Shown here piece after piece: positions 1 through 10,632 of a stretch of 56,137 nucleotides of DNA. The position numbers and the translations under genes are program-made. The DNA comes from Nitrososphaerales archaeon (lineage in GTDB: Archaea; Thermoproteota; Nitrososphaeria; Nitrososphaerales; JACAEJ01). Within the stretch, counting starts at the first letter, position 1. Each line of letters starts with the position of its first letter. The stretch spans positions 1 through 56,137 of the forward strand of contig JAVZMU010000002.1 in the NCBI GenBank assembly GCA_038883135.1, in the 5' to 3' direction. The notes beneath the pieces are model-generated. The model saw nothing but the letters and a program-made list of their open reading frames with translations. It made no database searches and was not told the origin of the DNA.

Positions 1-1941
1 AGCGTCTAAATCTTCAAGACGAAGGTATTTTCCACCCATTTCTTCAGATATCTGTGCTAAAAGACCAAAGGAAAGGAGGCTTTGTTCAGTGTCTATTGTT
101 ATAGAGTTTATTCTTGCAGAACGTATTTCTTCAGCTAGTTTTTTTGCTTCTTCTACCGGATCTCCACCGTTTAAGCTCACGTTTGCTCTTCCATCAGAAA
201 CTAAAACAAGCAGTGGAACCATTTCCTTGTTTAAAGCTAAACAGTTTCTGATAGTTTCTAATCCAAGTTTGAGACCATGAGCTAAGGGTGTTCGACCGCC
301 TGTTGGTAGTTCTGCTAAGCATTTTTGGGCTAGTTCAACACTTCTTGTTGGTGGAAGTACAAGTTCAGCTTTGTCTTTACGAAAGACAATCATTCCAACT
401 CGATCTCTTTTCTGATAAGCATCAACCAAAAGGGAGAGAATTGCACCTTTAGCAGCAGACATACGTTCCTCAGCAGCCATAGAGCCACTTGCATCTACAA
501 CAAAAAGTATTAGGTTACCAATTTTCCTTTTACGCACCTTTTCCCTTAAATCCCACTTCTCAATAAGCAAAGCTGTTTGGCGGTTAGAATCTTTTCTACG
601 CCTAACTTGATAAGGAGCTGCCACCCTTAACGTAGCATCAAAAGCTAAGTCTGTCACTTCCCCTTTTGGCAAGACGCTACCAACATACCGCCCAATCTTG
701 GAGTTACTTTTGCTTTTTGACCTTCTTCCAGCAACGTTACGTGGAAAATCATCTAAAACAGGTAGAGAAAAGGGTTTTACAGGAAAAGGCGGGCTTGCCT
801 CAAAAACCTTTTCTTTTACGGGTTCATCTCTTTCTAAAGATTTTTCGCTATCGCTATCTACGTTTGGATCGTTACTAGAGGGTCTGGATTGATTCATTTT
901 TTTCTGATTCCATCTTTGTACAATCTCTTGTATTTGTTGCTGTTCGAGTTTAGGTTCTTCAAAAGGTTTTCTGCGACGGCGATGAGGAAGTGCAAACTCA
1001 GCTGCTTCCATAATGTCTTCTTCAAAAACTTCCGTTCGCCCTTTAAAAGCTGCTAATGTACATGCAGTTTTATACATAGTTATATCGGCTCTATGACCGT
1101 CAACAGCAAAATCTATGCAAATCTTTGTTATCAAATCTAACATTCCATCGTTTAATTTCACTTCAGGAAGAAGCTTCTGGGCGTCTATGAGCCTCTGGCG
1201 AAGTTTTTCCTGTTCCTCATGGTATTCTGCAATGAAAGATACTGGATCATTTTCAAAGGCAACTCGACGCTTAACTATTTCAGCCCTAGCTTTAGGATCT
1301 TGAATTCCCTTAACTTCAACGGAAAGGGCAAAACGATCCAATAATTGTGGACGAAGCTCTCCTTCTTCAGGGTTCATCGTGCCCACTAAAACGAACCTTG
1401 CAGGATGGCTAAAGGATATACCCTCCCGTTCTACAAAGTTTACACCCATAGCTGCTGCATCAAGTAAAACATCTACAAGATGATCATCTAACAGGTTTAC
1501 CTCATCAATGTAAAGAATGTTACAATTAGCCTCAGCTAAAAGTCCAGGCTCAAAATGTTTTTCACCTGTTTTTATAGCCTTCTCAATGTCTAGAGTACCA
1601 ACAAGACGGTCTTCTGTAGCACCTACAGGCAGTTCAACCACAGAAACACGTCTTTTAACAACTGGAAGATTCTCACCAGCAGCCACCTTGCTACTACATA
1701 TATCACACATTTCCCTCGGATTTGAAGGATCACAATTAAAAGGACAACCAGCCACTACTTCAATTTCAGGAAGGAGATCAGCCAAAGCACGTACTGCGAG
1801 TGATTTCCCAGTTCCCTTTTCACCCCTTAGAAGAACTCCGCCGATTTTCGGGTTTATAACATTTAGAATCAAGGCAGTTTTCATTTTCTCTTGACCTACA
1901 ATAGCAGTAAACGGATAGACTGTTTTAGTTCGCCATCGCAT
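1..1941 (-). CDS. Chelatase-type AAA+ ATPase fused to a von Willebrand A domain (ChlI/BchI-ChlD/BchD-like). The C-terminus runs off the window.
   Basis: Absent from the ORF track because it is open to the window edge. My minus-strand translation from ATG at 1941 reads [47 protein letters not shown] (Walker A), then [16 protein letters not shown] (Walker B), a charged linker, and a vWA domain with the MIDAS-like motif [14 protein letters not shown]. It is 647 codons in frame to base 1. Confidence 0.85.
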   Translation of the reverse strand, partial: MRWRTKTVYPFTAIVGQEKMKTALILNVINPKIGGVLLRGEKGTGKSLAVRALADLLPEIEVVAGCPFNCDPSNPREMCDICSSKVAAGENLPVVKRRVSVVELPVGATEDRLVGTLDIEKAIKTGEKHFEPGLLAEANCNILYIDEVNLLDDHLVDVLLDAAAMGVNFVEREGISFSHPARFVLVGTMNPEEGELRPQLLDRFALSVEVKGIQDPKARAEIVKRRVAFENDPVSFIAEYHEEQEKLRQRLIDAQKLLPEVKLNDGMLDLITKICIDFAVDGHRADITMYKTACTLAAFKGRTEVFEEDIMEAAEFALPHRRRRKPFEEPKLEQQQIQEIVQRWNQKKMNQSRPSSNDPNVDSDSEKSLERDEPVKEKVFEASPPFPVKPFSLPVLDDFPRNVAGRRSKSKSNSKIGRYVGSVLPKGEVTDLAFDATLRVAAPYQVRRRKDSNRQTALLIEKWDLREKVRKRKIGNLILFVVDASGSMAAEERMSAAKGAILSLLVDAYQKRDRVGMIVFRKDKAELVLPPTRSVELAQKCLAELPTGGRTPLAHGLKLGLETIRNCLALNKEMVPLLVLVSDGRANVSLNGGDPVEEAKKLAEEIRSARINSITIDTEQSLLSFGLLAQISEEMGGKYLRLEDLDA

Positions 1942-2388
1942 CACAATCTTCTCCTTTTTCTATTGGATGGTTTATCCAACCTTATAAATTTTCATCAATA
2001 AAAGTTGAATACAGGTTTAATAAATGAGATTAGCTAATTTTTGGAAAATTTTAAATTTAGATTTTAATATTAAAGTTATATACCTATCTGTTATTGTCCA
2101 AAAGATAAAGAAGTTTCATTTTAGTCTTATCTAAGCATATTTAGGAGTACTTGGGACTTTTGCATATCTTTTAATGAATAGTTAGGCTTTACCATTATTA
2201 AGATTTGATAAATGAAGATTCTTACTATTTTATTATCAATAAGAGTTATTAAATCCTTCATAAATGCAACTTGCTCTTTTAATAGTTTATCTTTAATAAT
2301 ATTTAATTTAAATTCACATCATAAATAATGAATAAGAAAAGGGTTTTTAAACCCTTAACAGTAATACTTATTGTAGAAGTGAATAGTT

Positions 2389-3132
2389 ATGTTTGCTCCA
2401 AGTGCTGGATATGATAGAGCGATTACGATATTCTCACCAGACGGTAGGCTTTACCAAGTTGAATATGCTATAGAGACTGTCAGAAGAGGAACATTGGCTT
2501 TAGGTTTAAAGGTAAAAGATGGTGTAATATTGGCTGTTGAAGAAAGAACAAGAAAGCTACAGAATCCAAGTATAAGCCAAAAGATATTCCAAGTCGATGA
2601 CCATATAGGCATTGCTGCTGCTGGTTACGTCCCAGATGCTCGTGTTCAAGTAGACGTCTCAAGAATTTTCGCTCAAACAAACAGGTTGATATACGATGAA
2701 CCTGTCGAAGTAGAAGCAGTTGCTAAACGGATAGGTGATTTAAACCAGCAATACACTCAATATGCAGGGGTAAGACCTTTTGGTGTTTCCTTAATCATAG
2801 CTGGTGTCGATAGGAATGGACCTATGCTTTTCTCTACAGATCCTAGCGGAACTTACTTGGGATATGATGGTGTTGCTATTGGGGCTGGTAGCGATCAAGT
2901 GACAGAATACTTAGAGAAAAGATACGATTCTAATATGAGTTTAGATGAAGCCTGTATATTAGCCATAGAATGTATATATCTAGTAAGTGAGGATAAAGTT
3001 GGTATAAAGCACATAAAGATGGCTTTAATAGATACAAAAACTAAGAAGATGAGACGTCTTTCAGAAGAGGAGATAGCCAAATTTGCAGAGAAGGCAAGAG
3101 AGAGAATTTCTGCCGCAACAGGTAAAGCATAA
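2389..3132 (+). CDS. psmA: Proteasome subunit alpha
   Basis: N-terminus YDRAITIFSPDGRLYQVEYA is the canonical alpha-subunit signature. It is the first gene of the archaeal exosome/proteasome superoperon. Confidence 0.95.
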   Translation: MFAPSAGYDRAITIFSPDGRLYQVEYAIETVRRGTLALGLKVKDGVILAVEERTRKLQNPSISQKIFQVDDHIGIAAAGYVPDARVQVDVSRIFAQTNRLIYDEPVEVEAVAKRIGDLNQQYTQYAGVRPFGVSLIIAGVDRNGPMLFSTDPSGTYLGYDGVAIGAGSDQVTEYLEKRYDSNMSLDEACILAIECIYLVSEDKVGIKHIKMALIDTKTKKMRRLSEEEIAKFAEKARERISAATGKA

Positions 3133-3150
3133 CGCTGGTGCTTTTACAAT

Positions 3151-3840
3151 TTGAGCGGTAAATTTACTGTAGTTAGGTTAGTATTAGATGGAGAGCGGTT
3201 TGAGATATTAGTTGACCCTAAGAATGCTTTAGATTATAAACTAGGTCGTCAAATAGATTCTTCAAAAATTATTGCTATCGATGAGGTTTTTTCTGATGCA
3301 TCAAAAGGACTACGCGTTCCAATTGAAAAATTGAAAAAATTCTTCAATACAACATCTACTACAAAGGTAGCTGAGATAATTCTGAAGAAAGGGGAACTCC
3401 AGCTTACAGCCGAACAGAGACGATCCTTAATAGAAGATAAAAAGAAGCAGATAATATCAATTATTAGTAAAAACTTTGTCGATCCCAAAACAGGTTTGCC
3501 ACATCCTCAAATCAGAATCGAGCAAGCTATTCCCCAAGTACATGTTTCCATAGATCCTTTCAAAAGTGCTGAAGAACAAGCTAAAATTGTTGTAGAACAG
3601 TTAAGGACTATTCTTCCATTAAAGCATGAGAAGATAAAGCTAAGCGTAAAAATTCAAGCTCAGTTTGCTTCTAAAGCCTTAGGAGTATTGAAAAGTTATG
3701 GAGATGTTCAAAAAGAAGAATGGTTAGCAGATGGCTCTTTAAGTGCAATTGTAGAGATCCCTACAGGAGTTCATTCTTCATTACTAGATAGACTAGGTTC
3801 TATCACAAAAGGAACATCACAAGTAACTTTAATAAAGTGA
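3151..3840 (+). CDS. SBDS-family ribosome maturation protein
   Basis: TTG start. The N-terminus VVRLVLDGERFEILVDPKNALDYK is typical of SBDS/Sdo1. It occupies the conserved position between psmA and rrp4. Confidence 0.85.
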   Translation: MSGKFTVVRLVLDGERFEILVDPKNALDYKLGRQIDSSKIIAIDEVFSDASKGLRVPIEKLKKFFNTTSTTKVAEIILKKGELQLTAEQRRSLIEDKKKQIISIISKNFVDPKTGLPHPQIRIEQAIPQVHVSIDPFKSAEEQAKIVVEQLRTILPLKHEKIKLSVKIQAQFASKALGVLKSYGDVQKEEWLADGSLSAIVEIPTGVHSSLLDRLGSITKGTSQVTLIK

Positions 3841-4532
3841 AAAAAATGCCTGATGTTGAGAGAAAATACGTAACCCCTGGTGAACTGATAGCTGAAGGAA
3901 ATTATAAGGCTATAAGTAATGTAATTAGAATAAGAGATAAGTTTTACGCAACGAAAGTAGGCCTTGCTGAGATTAGTCGTGAAGGAATTCGCGTCATACC
4001 ATTGTCTGGACCTTACATTCCTAAGGTCGACGATTTAGTAATAGGTAAGATAATTGATTTTTCAGCTTTTTCATGGGAAGTAGATATAAACTCATGTTTT
4101 TTTGCATATTTATCTGCTCAAAATGTATTTGGTAAAGATTTTTCGCCTGATCGTGAATCTCTTTTAAGGAAATTTGCTATAGGAGACCTGATATATGCTA
4201 AGGTTAGTGCTTATGATAGAACTAGGAATCCTATTTTGAGTGTGTCTGGACCTGGTTTAGGACGTATTCCAAAGGGAGAAGTAGTAAAGATAAGCCCTGC
4301 TAAAGTCCCTAGGCTTATAGGTAAAAAAGGATCTATGATTAAGACTATAGAGTCTGCTACTAATTGTAAACTTATAATAGGTCAAAATGGAATAATTTTA
4401 ATAATGGGTCCGCCTGATGGTGTTTTGCTGGCAACACAAGCTATTAGGATGGTTGAGTCGGAAGCCCATATGGCAGGCTTAACTAAAAATATTCAAAACT
4501 TCCTGTCAAAATATAAGGTGATAGAAAGTTGA
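3837..4532 (+). CDS. rrp4: Exosome complex RNA-binding subunit Rrp4 (S1 + KH)
   Basis: Has S1-like and KH ([12 protein letters not shown]) segments. Overlaps its neighbours by 4 nt in the order rrp4-rrp41-rrp42. Confidence 0.9.
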   Translation: MKKMPDVERKYVTPGELIAEGNYKAISNVIRIRDKFYATKVGLAEISREGIRVIPLSGPYIPKVDDLVIGKIIDFSAFSWEVDINSCFFAYLSAQNVFGKDFSPDRESLLRKFAIGDLIYAKVSAYDRTRNPILSVSGPGLGRIPKGEVVKISPAKVPRLIGKKGSMIKTIESATNCKLIIGQNGIILIMGPPDGVLLATQAIRMVESEAHMAGLTKNIQNFLSKYKVIES

Positions 4533-5254
4533 GAGAATTGATTAATGAAAAAGGTTTAAGGATAGATGGTAGAAGAGTAGATGAGTTAAGACCTTTAAGG
4601 ATAGAGGTCGGAGTACTAAAGAATGCTGATGGTTCTTCATATATAGAGATGGGTAAGAATAAGATAGTTGTTGCAGTTTACGGTCCAAAAGAAGTTCATC
4701 CGAAGCATCAAGCCCTACCTGATAGGTCAGTTCTAAGATGTAGATACCACATGGCTCCTTTTTCTGTAGATATTCGTAAACCTCCACAACCATCGAGACG
4801 TGAAATAGAAATATCAAAAGTGATAAGAGAAGCTCTTGAACCAGCCCTAATTCTTGAAGAATATCCAAGAACTGCTATAGATGTTTATTTAGAAGTATTA
4901 CAAGCGGATGGAGGCTCAAGGTGTGCCGGGATTACAGCTTCTGCTGTTGCCTTAGCTGATGCTGGTATATCTATGCGTGATATGGTTGTAGCATGTGCTG
5001 CTGGGAAGGTATCTGGTCAAGTAGTTCTAGATTTAAATGATGTAGAGGATAAAGAAGGAGAAGCTGATATGCCTGTTGCCATAATGCCAAATCTAGACCA
5101 AGTAACTCTACTTCAGTTGGATGGTAAATTAACATCTGAAGAGTTCGAGAAGGCTTTTGAGATGGCTGTAAATGCTTGTCGCGTTATCTATGAAGTTCAG
5201 AGAAAGGCATTGATAGATAAGTACTTTGGTAAAGCCGAGGTTGGTGAGGAATGA
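4529..5254 (+). CDS. rrp41: Exosome complex exonuclease Rrp41 (RNase PH fold)
   Basis: [20 protein letters not shown] and [11 protein letters not shown] motifs of RNase PH/Rrp41. TTG start 6 nt after AAGGTGAT. Confidence 0.93.
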   Translation: MRELINEKGLRIDGRRVDELRPLRIEVGVLKNADGSSYIEMGKNKIVVAVYGPKEVHPKHQALPDRSVLRCRYHMAPFSVDIRKPPQPSRREIEISKVIREALEPALILEEYPRTAIDVYLEVLQADGGSRCAGITASAVALADAGISMRDMVVACAAGKVSGQVVLDLNDVEDKEGEADMPVAIMPNLDQVTLLQLDGKLTSEEFEKAFEMAVNACRVIYEVQRKALIDKYFGKAEVGEE

Positions 5255-6087
5255 TGTCAGCAGTAAAGAAGTCGATGGTTGTTGAGCAGTTAAGAAAAGC
5301 TCAGATGATAGAGCTTTTATCTAAGGAAAAAAGGTTGGATAATAGAGGTTTAATGGACTTTCGTCCTATCACCATAGAGACTGGCGTAATAGAGAGAGCT
5401 AATGGTTCAGCTAGAGTTCAAGTTGGAAACACTCAAGTTATAGCTGGTGTGAAAATAGAACTAGGAGAACCGTTCCCTGATGCACCTGATAAAGGACTTT
5501 TAGTAGTAAACACAGAAGTCTTACCTTTAGCTTCAGCATATGCAGAACCTGGTCCTCCTGATGAAGATGCTATAGAGTTAGCTAGAGTTGTTGATAGAGG
5601 AGTTAGAGAATCCCACATGATCGATCTATCCAAACTCGCGCTAATCCCTGGTAGAAAAGTATACGCTGTGTTTGTTGATGTTAATGTTTTGAATACTGAT
5701 GGAAACTTATTTGATGCTTCGTCATATGCTACAGTTGCTTCTCTTATTACAAGTAAAATGCCAAAATTTTACGTTGATGAAAATGGACAGATAAGACAAT
5801 CTAATGAGATTATTCCATTACCAATAAATGGTATTCCTATATCAATTACTATGGCAAGAATAGGCGATACGCTTATCGTAGATCCAACTTCTGAAGAGGA
5901 AGCTGTCATGGATGCAAGAATAACCTTTGTAGTAGATGAAGATGGAAATCTATGTGCTGGTCAAAAAGGTCAACCTGGAACGCTTAACTTCAATCAAGTT
6001 AAATTAGCAACTAATATAGCCAAAGCTAAAGCGAAAGAGATAAGAGAAATTATAAAAGGAGAGATCATGAAAAATGCCAAAGGCTAA
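5251..6087 (+). CDS. rrp42: Exosome complex subunit Rrp42
   Basis: RNase PH-like second subunit ([19 protein letters not shown]), translationally coupled to rrp41. Confidence 0.9.
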   Translation: MMSAVKKSMVVEQLRKAQMIELLSKEKRLDNRGLMDFRPITIETGVIERANGSARVQVGNTQVIAGVKIELGEPFPDAPDKGLLVVNTEVLPLASAYAEPGPPDEDAIELARVVDRGVRESHMIDLSKLALIPGRKVYAVFVDVNVLNTDGNLFDASSYATVASLITSKMPKFYVDENGQIRQSNEIIPLPINGIPISITMARIGDTLIVDPTSEEEAVMDARITFVVDEDGNLCAGQKGQPGTLNFNQVKLATNIAKAKAKEIREIIKGEIMKNAKG

Positions 6088-6304
6088 TAAGGGATTAAAA
6101 GGACTTGGTGCTAAGTATGGGTCAACTCTAAGAAAGAAGTATAGTAGAATATTTAGTATTTTAAAGATGAAGAGGAATTGTCCTAAATGTGGTTCATGGA
6201 ATTTGAAGAGAAAAAGCAGTGGCATATGGGAGTGTAAATCATGTGGCTTAGTTATTGCAGGAAGGGCTTATGATATTACCCCACCACCAATCTCTCCATC
6301 TTAA
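6074..6304 (+). CDS. rpl37ae: Ribosomal protein eL43 (L37Ae)
   Basis: GAKYGSTLRKKY plus a CPKC...CKSCG zinc ribbon. Conserved position after rrp42. Confidence 0.92.
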   Translation: MPKANKGLKGLGAKYGSTLRKKYSRIFSILKMKRNCPKCGSWNLKRKSSGIWECKSCGLVIAGRAYDITPPPISPS

Positions 6305-6316
6305 GAGAAAGAAAAT

Positions 6317-6568
6317 ATGATTAATGAACTAGACGCTAAGATAGAAGTTAATTTAGAAGAAGATTTAGCTAAAATTGCTTATTTTGCTCTAAAACCCGAT
6401 ATTGATAAAGCTCCAAAATCAAACTTATTAGTTAAAATCTCTTATGATAAAGATAAATTAATCATAAATCTAAAAGGAGACGATATATCTCGATTAAGAG
6501 CTGGGATAAATTCTTATCTAAGGCTGATAAACGTAATAATAAATACAATCAACTCTCTAAGAAAATAA
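6317..6568 (+). CDS. pcc1: KEOPS subunit Pcc1-like protein
   Basis: About 80 aa. The C-terminal LRAGINSYLRLINVIINTI resembles the Pcc1/CTAG helix, and the gene is in the superoperon context. Confidence 0.65.
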   Translation: MINELDAKIEVNLEEDLAKIAYFALKPDIDKAPKSNLLVKISYDKDKLIINLKGDDISRLRAGINSYLRLINVIINTINSLRK

Positions 6569-6572
6569 AAAG

Positions 6573-6920
6573 ATGACAAGTTTGGCTTTAAACTATTTTT
6601 TGAATAAAAAACTAATAGTAAACGGAAGAATATTCAATATTTGCATAATAAAAGCTAAGAATGGTTGCTTTTTGCTTGTTTATGAAGGAGAGGAGATAAA
6701 GTTAGGCTCTACGGCGTTATCAGTAAGGATTGATAACAGAGCGAATTCTAGCATCATCATTCCAAGTAAGTTTGGAGATCTTTACTCAAGAATATTATCT
6801 GAAAGTTTATCTATGATAATTGATGGTATTGTCATAGCATCCTTACATACTTTAAGTCCTATAGATGCTCAAATAGTGAGAAGTTTATTAGAAGAGATAA
6901 AGAAACTTTGTAAAGCTTAA
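6573..6920 (+). CDS. Hypothetical protein, possibly PAC4/Pba4-like
   Basis: 115 aa with tight spacing to pcc1. The pattern GCFLLVYEGEE..LGSTALSV...S..I....GD..S..LSE.LS...DG.VIASL resembles proteasome assembly chaperone 4 profiles. This is recall only, not a search result. Confidence 0.3.
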   Translation: MTSLALNYFLNKKLIVNGRIFNICIIKAKNGCFLLVYEGEEIKLGSTALSVRIDNRANSSIIIPSKFGDLYSRILSESLSMIIDGIVIASLHTLSPIDAQIVRSLLEEIKKLCKA

Positions 6921-8284
6921 GTTATGTACTTCTTAACATCTATTAAATCTTCACCAGGTATTTTCGCTATATCAAACTTCTCTTTCTTCTTAAAGAGACT
7001 TATGGTTGCATCTATCCCAACCTTTGTGGTGAGAAGGTTATCTTGATCACTCGATGGGTCTAAGCTTGAACCTTTCACATTAGGTATTACTATTAAATCT
7101 TTATCACCTTGGAAGCGAGTAGCAATAGCAAATTCTACACTTCTCATGTCAAATGGATTTATATCATCGTCCACAACTATGGCTAATTTTAAGGATGGAT
7201 GGTTAGCGAAGGCTGATATTATAGCGTTTTTTGGTTCTCCTTCATGAGTCTTTTTGATTTGAATTACTGCATGCAACCAATTACAACCTCCATCAGTAAG
7301 ATGAACAACTTTAGTCGATGGTACTGTATTCTTTACTCCTTGAAAAAGCTTAACTTCTACTGGAAGGGACATGAGTAAGCGATGCTCACTACCAGCTGGC
7401 AATAATCCTTGATAGATTGGATTTTTTCTATGAGAAATATTTTTTATTCTAATAACAGGTTGTTTTCTAGGATAATCATACGTGCCAAGCATATCTGCCA
7501 TAAATTCTAACTCTTCTCTTTCCATCATAAATTCACCCTCTAAAACTATCTCAGAATAAGACGGAACAAATAAGTTTACACTATTACACTTTGCTAAAGT
7601 TAAATTATTGTTTAAAAGATAATTTGCAATACCCATCTCATCAACACCATAAGGTACTTGACAAGCAGCTGCTAAGGATATTGCTGGATGAACTCCTATC
7701 GCTATTGCTACTTCTAGAGGTTTTTTTTCTCGCTTTGATAATTGCAAGCATCTCCATAAATGCCTTCCTTCTACTACTCTTATAACTAAATGTTCATCAT
7801 CAAGAAGGAGCAAGCGATGTATTGATGCATTTTGAGTCTTTGTCTCTATATTTTTCGTAAAGACTACACCTGCTGTTATATATCTTCCAGCATCCTTTTC
7901 ATAGTGCTTAATTATTGGTAAATTGCTTAACTTTGGTTTCTCTGAACATTCTTTAAATGGAGCATCTTCAATAATTTTTGGATTTATTGGATTTGTTATC
8001 GCCGATAATATCTTTTCGTTAAACTCATTTGAATTTATCCCGATTGCTGAACAAATTCTTTCCTTTGTACTACATAAACCACTAACTAAAGGATAGTTTG
8101 AGTCCTTTATCTTCTCAAAAAATAAAACCGGGCCTTTATCTAGCTTCTTCATTATAGCTGCTACTTCATATAAATAAGATACTTCTTTCTTTATTCTTAT
8201 CAATTGGTTATTTATTTCCAATATTTCCAATAAATGCCTTAAATCTGGTGAGTTAGTGTTTTTATCCAAGCTATCACCTATCAC
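6917..8284 (-). CDS. UbiD-family decarboxylase, probable trans-anhydromevalonate 5-phosphate decarboxylase
   Basis: UbiD-like length and sequence. Divergent from the two AcnX subunit genes, as in the modified archaeal mevalonate pathway. Confidence 0.75.
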   Translation of the reverse strand: MIGDSLDKNTNSPDLRHLLEILEINNQLIRIKKEVSYLYEVAAIMKKLDKGPVLFFEKIKDSNYPLVSGLCSTKERICSAIGINSNEFNEKILSAITNPINPKIIEDAPFKECSEKPKLSNLPIIKHYEKDAGRYITAGVVFTKNIETKTQNASIHRLLLLDDEHLVIRVVEGRHLWRCLQLSKREKKPLEVAIAIGVHPAISLAAACQVPYGVDEMGIANYLLNNNLTLAKCNSVNLFVPSYSEIVLEGEFMMEREELEFMADMLGTYDYPRKQPVIRIKNISHRKNPIYQGLLPAGSEHRLLMSLPVEVKLFQGVKNTVPSTKVVHLTDGGCNWLHAVIQIKKTHEGEPKNAIISAFANHPSLKLAIVVDDDINPFDMRSVEFAIATRFQGDKDLIVIPNVKGSSLDPSSDQDNLLTTKVGIDATISLFKKKEKFDIAKIPGEDLIDVKKYIT

Positions 8285-8377
8285 ATTGATTAATCAAGTT
8301 TAACTAAAGACCTATATAAAAAAGTAGTAAAAAATTTATGCTTATTAGAAAAAATTATTCAATTTTGGCGATAAGCA

Positions 8378-9541
8378 TTGTACCTTACTAATTATGAGGA
8401 GAGAGCGCTTAAGGGAGAGTATGGAGAAGCCCTTGAGATAGCTTACAGAATACTATCCTCTATAGGACGTTTAACTGGTGCAAGTCATTTAATCGAAATT
8501 TCATCAGCCCATGTGTCAGGAGTCTCGTATTCAACCATTGGAAATTATGGAAAAGAATTCTTAAAGAATATTAGCCTTGAAGCTAAGGTTTCCGTTCCAA
8601 CAACTGTAAACCCTGCTGGACTAGATCCTCAAAATCTATATGATTTTAATTTTGATAGCGATTATATTTCAGAACAGATGGAGATAATTGAAGCCTACAA
8701 AAGATTAGGAGTAATTGATTCTTTTACATGTACTCCATATGAAGGGTTTTATCTACCACCAAAAGGTAGTCATGTAAGCTGGGCTGAGAGTTCAGCATCT
8801 ATTTATGCAAACTCTATTCTGAATTTAATGACGAACCGTGAGAGTGCTTTAAGTGCTCTAGCAAGCGCAATCACTGGTAAAACTCCTTATTCAGAGTTGC
8901 ACATCGATGAGTTGAGAAAGCCAACCCTTTCAATCCAAATTAAAATCGATAGGTTTTCAGGTTCGGTAAATTTTGGTCTTTTAGGTTATTTTGCTGGAAA
9001 GATTACAAGAGGACCTATAGCTTTTCAAAACATAAAAAATCTAAACTCATCTGAGGCTAAGGCTATTTGTGCTGCTATAGGAACATCTGGAGCTTCTGGA
9101 ATGTTTATAATAAATAAGAATATGGATAAAGTTGAGAGAATAGATTTTACTAATTATGAACTGAAAAATGTTTACGATGAGCTTAATGATGCTGAGAAAG
9201 GAGATGTAATAATTTTAGGTTGTCCTCATCTTAATGTTAATGAGATAAATGAAATCTCTGAATTCATTGGAGATAAAAAATTAAATAAAAAATGCTTAAT
9301 ATTCTGCTCAAGAAAGACTTACGAAGAGGCAAAGAAAAAAGGATACACTAATAAAATCGAAAAAGCAGGAGCAAAATTCGTTTGTAATACTTGTGCTGTA
9401 TTTACACCCATAATCTCTAGTCTTGGAGTCGATAGAATTACTACTAATTCATGTAAAGCAGCTCATTACATTAAAAGATTCCATAAAGTTAGTATAAATC
9501 TTAAAGATAGTAATGAAATCTTAAAGGAGAGTTTTAAATGA
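8378..9541 (+). CDS. Aconitase X catalytic (large) subunit, probable phosphomevalonate dehydratase large subunit
   Basis: DUF521/AcnX-type N-terminus MYLTNYEERALKGEYGEA...SSAHVSG. TTG start. Coupled to the swivel-domain gene. Confidence 0.8.
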   Translation: MYLTNYEERALKGEYGEALEIAYRILSSIGRLTGASHLIEISSAHVSGVSYSTIGNYGKEFLKNISLEAKVSVPTTVNPAGLDPQNLYDFNFDSDYISEQMEIIEAYKRLGVIDSFTCTPYEGFYLPPKGSHVSWAESSASIYANSILNLMTNRESALSALASAITGKTPYSELHIDELRKPTLSIQIKIDRFSGSVNFGLLGYFAGKITRGPIAFQNIKNLNSSEAKAICAAIGTSGASGMFIINKNMDKVERIDFTNYELKNVYDELNDAEKGDVIILGCPHLNVNEINEISEFIGDKKLNKKCLIFCSRKTYEEAKKKGYTNKIEKAGAKFVCNTCAVFTPIISSLGVDRITTNSCKAAHYIKRFHKVSINLKDSNEILKESFK

Positions 9542-9936
9542 AGGGAGTATTTAGAGGAAGAGGCCTTGTTGATGGTTTAGGATATGGTGAAGCATTAATC
9601 TCAAACTCTCCTATATCTTTTTTAGAAAATGTAGATCCTAATCAAGGTAAGATTATCGATAGGCATCATGAACTTTTTGGATCGAGTATAGATAAAAAAG
9701 TCCTAATATTCCCTTATAGTGTTGGTAGTAGTGTTGGAGCTTATGTGCTTTATAAGTTGAAGAAGAATTGTAAAGCACCTTCTGCAATTATCAACTTGAG
9801 ATCTGACAGTATCACCGTTTCTGGTTGCGCTATTGCTAAAATACCTCTTGTCGATATGGTAGAGGGATTATCTCTCATCAAAAAGGGAGAATTTCTTATG
9901 GTAAATGGAAGTAATGGTTCTGTGATAATATATTGA
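9538..9936 (+). CDS. Aconitase X swivel-domain (small) subunit, probable phosphomevalonate dehydratase small subunit
   Basis: 132-aa DUF126-like protein overlapping the large subunit gene by 4 nt. Confidence 0.75.
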   Translation: MKGVFRGRGLVDGLGYGEALISNSPISFLENVDPNQGKIIDRHHELFGSSIDKKVLIFPYSVGSSVGAYVLYKLKKNCKAPSAIINLRSDSITVSGCAIAKIPLVDMVEGLSLIKKGEFLMVNGSNGSVIIY

Positions 9937-9972
9937 AAAGTTTTTATTATTAAATACTTATGCTAGAATTTT

Positions 9973-10632
9973 ATGGAGTTAAGAATTTTACCAGATTTAG
10001 AAGAAAGTTTTCCTGGTTTACAAGCTCTTATAGCGAATATAAGGGGGGTAAAGGTTGAAAAAGGAAGTAAGGAGTTAGAAGAGCTCAAGGAGAAGATCGT
10101 TAAAGAAGTCAAAGAAAAATATAATATTGAAAGCTTAAAAGATATGCAAATTTTTAGAGCTTATAGAGATTTCTTCTGGAAAGTTGGAATAGATCCTACT
10201 AAAATTAGGCCTGCTGCTGAAGCGTTAATAAGAAGGATTCTTGGAGGTAAATCTATACCCAATATAAATAATGTTGTGGATGCATACAATCTTGCATCTA
10301 TAAAGACTGGAATAGCATTAGCAGCCTTTGATGAAGATAAGATTCAAGGCAATTTAATTATGAGATTCGCAAGAAAAGGTGAGAGATTCTTAGGTATTGG
10401 TATGGATAAGCCAAAGGAGTTACAAGGTAGAGAGATAGTAGTATCGGATGATGTAAAGTTAATAGCAATTTACCCATATAGAGATGCTGATGAATCAAAG
10501 TTAAATGAAAAAACGAAAAATATTCTATTGATAATATGTGGCGTTCCTGGAATAAGTAAGGAGAAATTGATCGATGCTAAGAATATAGCGATAGAATACA
10601 TAACGAAGTTTTGTGGTGGAGCAGAAGTTTAA
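9973..10632 (+). CDS. B3/B4 tRNA-binding domain protein (PheRS-beta related)
   Basis: FRAYRDFFWKVGIDPTKIRPAAEALIRRIL and NNVVDAYNLASIKTGIALAAFD match stand-alone B3/4 domain proteins. Confidence 0.75.
   Translation: MELRILPDLEESFPGLQALIANIRGVKVEKGSKELEELKEKIVKEVKEKYNIESLKDMQIFRAYRDFFWKVGIDPTKIRPAAEALIRRILGGKSIPNINNVVDAYNLASIKTGIALAAFDEDKIQGNLIMRFARKGERFLGIGMDKPKELQGREIVVSDDVKLIAIYPYRDADESKLNEKTKNILLIICGVPGISKEKLIDAKNIAIEYITKFCGGAEV

Noticed and set aside
89-1894. Several 62-125 aa + strand ORFs in the first 2 kb
   Set aside because: All are antisense to the long chelatase reading frame (1-1941, minus strand), which has clear Walker and MIDAS motifs. Their products are low-complexity Ser/Phe-rich sequences.
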